Shown piece after piece: positions 1 through 30,163 of a stretch of DNA of 30,163 bases. The notes beneath the pieces were generated by a model that had not been told where the DNA came from, searched no databases, and saw only the letters and a program-made list of their open reading frames with translations. Every line of letters starts with the position of its first letter. Within the stretch, counting starts at the first letter, position 1. The stretch is from Macrostomum lignano (lineage: Eukaryota), in contig NIVC01002147.1 of NCBI GenBank assembly GCA_002269645.1, positions 1 to 30,163 on the forward strand. The letters run 5' to 3'. The position numbers and the translations under genes were made by a program.

Positions 1-21476
<21,476 letters not shown>

Positions 21477-22044
21477 ATTACTATTAACACCCACTTGTGG
21501 GCTGATAGAACTAAAAAGCTATTTTCAGGACTTCACTAGTTTTAAAATTATGCAAAATACTATTAGCAGCCATAGAGGAATTCGACTAGTGAATAAATAC
21601 GACGCCGCCACAAAAACGAATTTACTTTTTTTGTTGATTATCCGTAGTGTAATCTTGACACTGTATTCAAAGATCCATATATAAAGACTTAGTATGCATT
21701 AAATAGTTTTATACAGAATATTAACTTCTAGTTTAAAAAATACTTATTTGTTTTAATACTTAACTAGGCTTATATAGCAAACTTAAATACGTTAAAACAA
21801 AAAATACAAAAAACTTTGCTTACTAAGCATTAAACTCACCGCTTTAGTATAAAAATTAGACATATTTTTACTACATTAATTTTTCAGGCAAAAATCACAA
21901 ACGTTAAAAATAACATTCGATTACCCATTAGGACAACATTAATGACCTGATTCAATAGTTCAATAGTTGCTCCTCGGACTCGGACTGTTGTCGCTACAAT
22001 TTTTTTCTTTACTTGATATCATTCAAAGCGCAAACAATAGTAAA
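21477..22044. promoter_or_regulatory. Putative bidirectional promoter region shared by BTBD9 and REEP5
   Basis: Divergent ATGs at 21476 (-) and 22045 (+), 568 bp apart; AT-rich. No core element is identified with confidence. Confidence 0.65.
21511..21839 (-). other. BTBD9: Probable BTBD9 5'-UTR intron (non-coding first exon upstream of 21840)
   Basis: Strong donor G|GTGAGT at 21839 and TTTTTAG acceptor at 21511, 34 nt upstream of the ATG. No transcript evidence. Confidence 0.45.
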
Positions 22045-22156
22045 ATGGAGTATGTAAACAAGCTTGAAGAGTTTCTTAAAAAGGATAATATAGTAGCACA
22101 GGGTTTTGGGAAACTCGAAGAGAAGTCAGGGGTCAACAGAAAGTTTTTTGCGCTGG
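22045..22156 (+). CDS. REEP5: REEP5/DP1/YOP1 exon 1 (MEYVNKLEEFLKKDNIVAQGFGKLEEKSGVNRKFFAL-G)
   Basis: Resembles human REEP5 KLEAKTGVNRSFIALG; phase-1 donor G|GTAAGT at 22157 completes a Gly codon with the acceptor at 28440. Confidence 0.85.
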
Positions 22157-22630
22157 GTAAGTCTTAATTTTTTTGTTTAGAATTACGTAACTTATTTTTG
22201 CCTCAATTAAGTAGCTACGACTTTTTTCGAAGGGCTAGTTAGGTCCTTTTTATGGGGTCTAGGCCCCTATAGCTTAATCATAAATGTCCATATGTGAATT
22301 AATGTATATTGTATCATTCCATAGTCTGGAAGGTGGCCTTTATGCCAGAAAATTAAAATTCTGGTGTATTTTTGCGCTTGTTGACAATCTTGCTGTACAC
22401 TTGGAATTTTCAGGTTCAACATGAAGTGTACACAGTTGGCATACAAAAAAATAGCTAAATAGCCAAATTAGGTTAGGCCTAGGGCTAATGTAATGTAGTT
22501 AATATCAACCAACAAAAGCTGTATAAAAATTTTTGGAAACTAAAATAGAAAATATTAATGCATTTTATGCAAAAACAATATTAAAACAAAGACTATTAGT
22601 TGTTACTAAAAAAACAGCCATTTTAGAATT

Positions 22631-23023
22631 CGAAGAGCTTGCGTGCACGGCCGCCGTTCACGTAAGCTCAGAATTGCGTGCACGGCAGAGCTATATCTTA
22701 TAGGCTTATACAGTAAGTCATATACTATTCGAATTAATATTCAAGTTAACAAAAAACAATTAATTAAGATTACATTTGCAGTCCATGGTGTACGGGGGAT
22801 AAAACATTATAAAACAATATAGTAAAAATATTTTTTAATTAGGTTTGCCAATGCCAATGCGTGGATTTAAGGGCCCCAATCCCGGCCAATTGCCGGCTGC
22901 CGTGCACGCAATTACAACACTAGGTGTACGGCTGCATACATGCAAATAAAGCACTAGGTAGATAGCCGCCGTGCACGCAATTCTGAGCTTACGTGAACGG
23001 CTGCCTTGCACGCAAGCTCTTCG
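22631..23023. mobile_element. MITE, Mutator/MULE-like (56-bp TIRs, 9-bp TSD)
   Basis: Arms 22631-22686 and 22968-23023 are inverted with 2 mismatches; TTTAGAATT flanks both sides (22622-22630, 23024-23032). Confidence 0.85.
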
Positions 23024-23560
23024 TTTAGAATTTTCATTCCTGCATTTGCCTCCATAGTCCGGATTATGCTGGGTGCACGCCCAAAAAAAAATTAAATAAA
23101 TACAAATGCATGCCAAAAAAAATTAGTGCGCACCCATTCTCAAAAATACGCCGGTGTTGCGACAATAAATGAATGTTGTGACAATAAAAGACCTTTTTTA
23201 AATTTCGTAATAGACCCTTATTATTAGATAATTTTTGTTGCTTTTAAGGCTTTTTGGGCGATACTATTTACAGCGGAAAGTTTATACATGCAAAGATTTG
23301 TTTAAATACTCTCTTACAAGCTGGAAAAAACTGGAAAGCTTGAAATTTGCACCTAAAAAAGAACTTTTTTCATCTTTTTTCTACTTTACAATAACTCTTA
23401 CACATTATTCTATAAAGTGCATGCCAGATGTGCACGCATACTTTTTTCTTAGGAGTGATGCATGCTAACTGTGCACGCCTAATTTTGGCGTGCAAGGCCA
23501 ATGCATGCCCGAATTTTCGGGCGTATACTACATGATCCGGAGTGTGGATATGCCTATCTA

Positions 23561-23988
23561 CCAGGATGGAATCTTTGCATGACAAGTTTGGAACAAAAAG
23601 TTGCGCGTAATTTTTTTGCGCAAGTTTTTTACCCGTGAATACGACGTTTTTTTTGCCACTTGAATTTCTTAGCATTTTTTATGATGTTTTATTAAAGTTT
23701 AAATAAGTCTTTAAAAATATAAATGATTTTATTATTTTTTAGTTTAATGTATTTCCCAGTAGCTTTGTTTTTAAATTTGCAATAACTTTGTTTTACTGTA
23801 ACAAGTGCAATATTCAAAATTAAAATGAAATTATGCAAGATTATTAAAAATTTCTTAGAATATTAAGTTGTGCGCACGTAAGCTTTTTAAAGTTGCGCAA
23901 GTTTGCTAGAAATGTGCGCGCAAGTGCGCAAGTTTTTGTTAGCGCGCATGGAATGCGTCTAGGATTTTGTACAAAAATTCCATCCTGG
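23561..23988. mobile_element. MITE with an 8-bp TSD (hAT- or P-type)
   Basis: TIR CCAGGATGGAAT / ATTCCATCCTGG; TSD CCTATCTA at 23553-23560 and 23989-23996; GCGCAAGTTT subterminal motifs. Confidence 0.8.
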
Positions 23989-26736
23989 CCTATCTACCTA
24001 CTATATGATATAACATTTTGCATGCTTCTTTTTTCAAAAAAATTATTGATTTCAATTAATAATTTTTTATCTTCATTAATGCTATTTTTCTATGTACTAC
24101 TATAATGGTTGTTTTTTTATATTACAGTTATGCTAGACTCTAGATAGTATACATGTACGCTGGAAAATCCGGCGTATAGAGGGATCTATAATATACCATT
24201 TATATACAACTTGGTATACAAAGGGGCTTGGCATGCCTTCTTGGCGTAGGCCTATAGCTTGGCATATAGAAATTGTTGAGATAGCAGGTGGGACCAAAAG
24301 TTCCAAGTCCCCATCAATCTATGCAATTTGTCTACAAAAATGATTAAGTTTATATTTGGCATAGTCTCCATGTATATATTGTTACAAAAGCTAAATTTTA
24401 ATCAGAAAGAATAGCTAGCCCTTTAGGAAAAAACAGATTCAAACTAAATTTAAAAACCCAGATTTAACTTTTCTAAGATTAAGATTTAAGAAGTTAGAAG
24501 TAGCAAAAATAGTAAAAATGAACTATTTCTACATAGTTTAATCAAAAAATTACCAGTTTAAACATATTAATTTTTTAAATATCAAAATTTTGCAAGCTCC
24601 TAATATTAGTCATAAGTTGTATTTTTATTTTGGTGTATTTTTGTATGCAATAAAAAGTTCGTTGTTGTACCATTGGCATGCATGAGCTACAGAAGCAGTT
24701 TTCATTCTGGCGTACAATGGTATACAATCCTGACCCTGGCAGATATGGTTATGGCAAGTTATGGTTATAGACATTTTTAGCCCTATAATGATAAGAAAAT
24801 TTGGTTACAGAAGTTGTTTATTTTTTACAGCTATGGTTATAGTTATGGCAATCAAATTTTGTGATGGCAGAACACTACTTTGTATGCCAGAAACTTTGTA
24901 TGCCAGAATTTTCTATATTTTAATTTTCTGGCATACATGTATACTATCCAAATTCTAGATTGACCACTTTGCATATATTTGCAGTTTGTAAATTAAAAAA
25001 ACTGATAACTTAGCTGATAGCTATTTTATGTACATAAAAGTGCAAATTATGGATCAGGGGTGATGGTATAGTAATTTTCAGTTCTAGTTATTACATTGCA
25101 CTTTGAAATCCTATTGTAATGGAATGGTATAGGACCAAGATAGCCACAAGTTGGCAATATTGAATCTTTATTATATCTAGGCCTATTCTCTCTACTTTTA
25201 ATTAGCAACTTAATAGCTTATAGCTATTTATTATATTAATTATTATATTTAATCAATAATTAATAAATATTAATGCAATAATAGTTTTAAAACTAATTAG
25301 GCCTACCCATAATACAAAAATTCATTCTAAGTTTTGAATGTCTGTGCCAATTTATTCCCTATCATTATATCTATATAGCACTTAATAAAACGACATTTTA
25401 CTAATAAAATAATAAGCTAGTCTTCGTAGAGTTTGTCTTTTTTATTTTTACTTTTTTTCTAAAATATAATAACAAAAAAACAACAAGGTACTGCTCCCAC
25501 CAGCCATGCAGTAGCCAGAAAGGGGGAGCAGTCAGGAAATGCATCTCTGGGCCATCACCCTCAAGAAGTCACATCCCCCTGCTTGGTCCAGGGCACCAGC
25601 GTCACTGCATTGCATTCCTGGTAGCATCTTAGTAATTGATCTCGGCCAGCAAGTTGGAGGGCACTGTGAACACTACTGTCTTCTACGTATTAGCTTGAGG
25701 CCATCATGTTTTATATTTTATTAGTATATTTATTATATTTATATTTATATTATATTATCATGTTTCATGTTTTATATTCTTAAATAAAAAAGTAAAAACT
25801 AAGTAAAAGTAAATAAAAAAGTAAATATGTATTGGCACAGTATGTATGTAAGAAAAAAAGTATTTTCTGAATTTCTTCCATTGAAGCTTAGTAAAATGCA
25901 ATCTTCCAAACTTTTATGGAATTTGTATGTTACCACAATACTACTACAATTAATACTACCATATATGCTTAACCCCCTGATTTACACTTGCTATGCTACT
26001 TATTTTATGACCAAAAATGCAACTTACCTATGAAAGAAACCTTGAAGCAAAAATTGATGCAATTTTAGGTAAATGGCATGAGTAACTATGACTGTATTAA
26101 ATGTCTTGTCATCTAGTTACTAGTATATACATATTTTGAGGTGGACATTTTTGCAATTTACCTTGGCTAGGCCCCTTGCCAGCTAGCTAGATTGGCTAGG
26201 TGTTGTGCACATATGACTACCACTATATCAAAGAATAAAAAATCTACTTAGAACTGACAATTAGGTTTTTTTATTTAATTTCACCTGAAAAAAAATTATT
26301 AAGGTTAAATTGACTAACAATATAGTATATTGAAGATCAATGAATTGATAAATAAGCTTACATTGAATGCAAATATTTTATTGCAGACAAACTCTACAAA
26401 ATATGCATTGTCTATAGTAACAAAATAATAAACAAGCTCTTAAAAATTGTCAGAATATATTGTAATAGTATATAATATACTAATATAGGAAGCCTTAAGT
26501 TTATACTTATATTCTAACAGCATTTGTATTATTTTTATAGTTATTTTAGTCTTTATTTTATTCAACATTTTAACAAATCATTTCTTTAGAGAAAATACTA
26601 TACATATATAATTTGCGCTTTTTATAGATGTTTTAACTTTTTGAACTAAAAATAGATTTATAGCTTTATTGCTAATAAACTGCCAAAAAATGTTTGCAAA
26701 ATATATTTAAAAAATACAGAAATACATTTGTTACTA

Positions 26737-27870
26737 CAAGGGTTGTTTGGAAAATCCGCAATCAAACGTGTCTAACAGTTTAACGGATTGAACAAATGGA
26801 ATGCTACTCTTCCTGCTTCTCAACATAGGCACCCTTGAGGCTTATGCACTTGTGCCACCTCTCAGGCGGCAACTTCTCAATGCCAGTAGCATAGAAATTG
26901 GCAGGTGACCCCCTGACCCACTGGCTGATGGCCAATGCCAGGGTCTGTAGAGAGCTGTACTGGTGACCTTGGAGGGTTTTTTCATCACTCTGAACAGCCA
27001 GAAGTCACTGGGTGCGAGGTCCAGCGAGTAGGGCGGGTGTGGCAGCACCTCGAAGCCCAGGTCCGAAATGGCAGCCATTGTTGCCTGGCTGGTGTGCGGC
27101 CTGGCATTGTTGTGCTGAAGCAGGATGCCACGGCTCAGCTTGCCACGCCGCTGGGCCTTGATGGCTTCATGCAACTTCTGCAGGACTTGGATATAGTACT
27201 CACTATTTATTGTGGCACCACGAGGAAGCCATTCGATGAGCAGAATAACCTCCTTGTCCTAGAAGACGGTGGCCATTTGCTTGCCAGCTGAAGGTGCAGT
27301 CAGGGCCTTGACAGGTGTGGGCTCATGGCTGGCCTTCCACACACTGCTCTGCATCTTGGACTCTGGCTCACTATAATGAAACCAGGATTCATCCCTAGTC
27401 ACAATCCGGTCCAAAAAGTTGGGATCACAGCGATATGACTGGAAGAGCTGCCGACACACCTGGACCCGCTCTCGCTGCTGCTGGTCAGTCAGAAGTTTCG
27501 GGACCCAACGAGCAACAATGCGTGACATACCGAGCTCAACCGTCAGGATTGAATGAATGGCCGTTGATGAGATGCCAGTAATGGTTGACAACTCTCGCAC
27601 TGTAGCTCAGCGGTCAACATCCAGAGCACGACGCACAAGCTCGATGTTTGACCTGTTGACCATGGTGGCAGGCCAGCCATTCCATGGAAGGTCATCGACT
27701 GTCTCCCAGCTGTCTTCAAAATGCTGCACCCACTCGTTGACCATTGTTTTTGATGGTGCACATTTGCCATACGTTGCTTGCAACTCGCAAAGAATTTCTG
27801 CCTGTTGCTTTCCTTGTTTCCACAAAAACCAAATGACACTTCGCTTTGCTTCTTCGTTATTCAGCATAGT
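26737..27870 (-). mobile_element. Defective mariner (irritans/Hsmar2-like); 3' TIR present, 5' TIR not found
   Basis: Transposase 27867 to 26804 in pieces with WVPKLL, TRDESW, HNNARPH (D to N), YSLDLAPSDFWLF; stops at about 27607 and 27259; frameshift near 26975; terminus TA|CAAGGGTTGTTTGGAAAATCCGCAA at 26735. Confidence 0.9.
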
Positions 27871-28439
27871 GATGGAATTCGTGTGTGACTAAAAACACTG
27901 CAAGAAGGAAATTCCTGGCTCAAACAAGACCACTCTTGATTTAAAACATTCAGGCTATGATATTTGTCTATGGTATAAAGTTTCAAGACAAAGTAGTGAC
28001 TCAAAAAAATTTTTGGCATTGGCTATAATAAAAATATTCTTGTGCAATCTGTTTATATATTTGAGGCCTTGGCTGACTTTTTGTAGAAATCTGTTATCCC
28101 AATTCCTAGATTGACTCTATATTAGTAATGGAAATAAGAGCATATATATTAGTTAAATAAAAAGTTCCATACAAATTATTTATAAAAAACATAGCTTGAA
28201 AAAATAATGATCATGAATCATGTTTACTCAATATGGGCATGCTCTGCCACCACTGTGGCCTCCAGACAGTGTCAAAAGACAGTACAAGCTTTTGCAAGCT
28301 TCTTTTTGTCCATGATGGTCATTGCAGTGTGAATAGCCTTGAGTTGACCATTCTCTCAGTGTGGATGGTTCCAGTAAACTGTCTTATCAAATAGTCCTTG
28401 TCAAATCTCATTAACAAATCCCTCATGTCGCCTGACCAG

Positions 28440-28829
28440 GCCTGATTGGCTTCCTGGCCCTCTACCTGATGTTTGGCTATGGGGCCCAGTTCCTGGCCAA
28501 CTTCATCGGCTTCCTGTACCCGGCCTACGCCTCCGTCAAGGCTATCGAATCGCCCGCCAAGGACGACGACACCAAGTGGCTCACCTACTGGGTTGTTTAC
28601 GCCGCCTTCGGCCTGTTGGAGACGTTCACGGACATCCTGCTGTTCTGGATTCCGCTGTACGCCTTCCTCAAGTGCGCCCTGCTCATCTACCTGATGGCGC
28701 CCATCGCCGCTAACGGGTCCGTGACCATCTACTACCGCCTGATCCGCCCGTTGGTGCTCAAGCACCAGGCCCGCATCGATAGCGCCCTTGGCGAGGCCCA
28801 GTCGGCCGCCTCCCAGCTCGCTAAAGAGG
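28440..28829 (+). CDS. REEP5: REEP5/DP1/YOP1 exon 2 (TB2/DP1/HVA22 domain)
   Basis: LIGFLALYLMFGYGAQFLANFIGFLYPAYASVKAIES..DDDTKWLTYWVVY; acceptor ACCAG|GC at 28439; donor GAG G|GTGAGC at 28830; GC3 about 90%. REEP5 versus REEP6 cannot be resolved. Confidence 0.92.
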
Positions 28830-29957
28830 GTGAGCAGTTACTCAGTTTTCATGTGTATTATTGGTATTGATAGCTCGAAATCGTCTCAAGTCGAGACTGG
28901 GATCTCATTCGTCCCAGAGATATGAAATCCCCCCATATTTGCCGATTTCCGCAGCCACCGCTGAGGCTGTCCGTCACGGCGGGGACTACGCTCTCTCTGG
29001 CAGCAAGGACGACTGATTCGCGGCGGCATCTGGACTGGGCGCCCAGCTGAAGAGCTGGACAGCTCGTTAATGAGACAGACAAACACATTAAGACTCGAAC
29101 CCGCGACTTCACCATCGTTTTGCTGTGTTTAAAAAGTGGTACCAGAAAAAATAACGAAGGAAAGCATCGACTGTGTCCAGACCGATTTTTAAACACGAAT
29201 CTGCTGTCTGTTAATCATGTTTGCAAGCATCGTAGACTTAGCAAAATCCTACATTTTATTTCCGCTTCACTTCCCAGCCTTGTATCTCCCATCCCCTCCA
29301 AAACATTAACACCGTATTAACCAGTTTTGTAATCTCTTATGCTGAAGCTAATGAATATCTTTATTGATTGATTGTTGATGACAGCTGATTGGCAGGTATT
29401 GGTTGGGTGGCCTGCTGGCCTAAGCAGATATTTTAGGCTGGCTTTGATGTTGTTGCTATCGCTATATTTTCTCATCAATATTTTTCTTTATCCATTTCGC
29501 AATAAAAGCTGTATTCATTTTTGACTCTGACTCGACTTAACATTTAGTGAGTCACCCAAATCAATCCAAACCGCCCATCCAGCTTCCCGCTGCATCGCAT
29601 ACCTGATTAGCTAATCTTAGTTTTACCATTTCAAAATCAAACACGCATGCGCAAGTTTTTGTTAAAAAAATTACACACAGTTTATGCGTAAATAAAATAA
29701 ATCTATATATCGATACACATTTATTCATTTGAGTCGCTTTGCGCCCCTTTCTGGACAGTAAAATTCCTTGATTGTTTTCATTCTTGTCTGTTTTTAACTC
29801 TCAGCTTCCATACCTACTTTATTGTGTAGGACAACTAGAGTTATTTATTTTGGAAAACATTTTGCTCTATTCACTACTAAGCCGAGTAGGTTTTCCTCTC
29901 TACTCTGATGGCCTGGGGCTGTTTAAAGAAGAACAAAATAAGCAGCTTTGTCTGACT

Positions 29958-30163
29958 CCCAGGTGAGGCTAATCTAGTGCCATTTCCAGCATTACCTCTC
30001 TTAGGCGAGGCTAATCTAGTGCCATTTCCAGACTACCTACTCTTAGGTGAGGCTAATCTAGTGCCATTTCCAGCACTCACTGCTCCCAGGTGAGGCTAAT
30101 CTAGTGCCATTTCCAGCACTCACTGCTCCCAGGTGAGGCTAATCTAGTGCCATTTCCAGCACT
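29958..30163. repeat. 42-43-bp minisatellite (at least 5 copies, runs off the window)
   Basis: Unit AGGTGAGGCTAATCTAGTGCCATTTCCAGCACTCACTGCTCCC; starts at 29961, 30003, 30045, 30088, 30131. Confidence 0.95.

Larger units (their letters stand above)
22341..24935. mobile_element. Possible older TIR element hosting the two MITEs
   Basis: Perfect 19-bp inverted repeat TATGCCAGAAAATTAAAAT at 22341-22359 and 24917-24935, plus scattered TATGCCAG/CTGGCATA sub-repeats; no clear TSD other than a possible TA. Confidence 0.4.

Noticed and set aside
27870-28100. 5' TIR of the second mariner
   Set aside because: No recognisable reverse complement of CAAGGGTTGTTTGGAAAATCCGCAA was found.
28319-28765. 148-aa minus-strand ORF, and similar plus-strand ORFs opposite BTBD9 exons (240-545, 2362-2592, 3560-3877)
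   Set aside because: Antisense shadows of high-GC3 coding exons.
29085-29110. Minus-strand B-box-like GGTTCGAGTC (possible SINE or tRNA)
   Set aside because: No A box or cloverleaf upstream.

Overview
Eukaryotic (invertebrate-like) genomic DNA containing two intron-rich genes arranged head to head. A BTBD9 orthologue lies on the minus strand: ATG 21476, coding exons 21132-21476, 3982-4215, 3506-3841, 2291-2577, 1354-1792 and 380 to <1. A REEP5/DP1/YOP1 orthologue lies on the plus strand: exons 22045-22156 and 28440-28829, with the last exon not seen. The start codons are only about 570 bp apart. The 16.9-kb BTBD9 intron holds a defective mariner, a 1.6-kb CT tract and a 9.7-kb hAT-type element with an 8-bp TSD. 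That hAT is interrupted by an 8-kb Helitron-like block made of two large ~52-bp minisatellite arrays plus a spacer carrying a Crypton-like tyrosine recombinase fragment. REEP5 intron 1 holds MITEs and a second defective mariner. The most unusual observations are: (1) intronic minisatellites whose units are copies of splice junctions (AG|GT); (2) a steep GC3 valley centred on the shared promoter; (3) a minisatellite whose unit mimics a Helitron 3' end; (4) about nine single-base frameshifts confined to the 3' BTBD9 exons, probably long-read consensus errors. The organism cannot be determined from the sequence; GC-rich exons among tandem-repeat introns are reminiscent of Macrostomum flatworms (low-confidence inference). 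All counts and alignments were done by eye.
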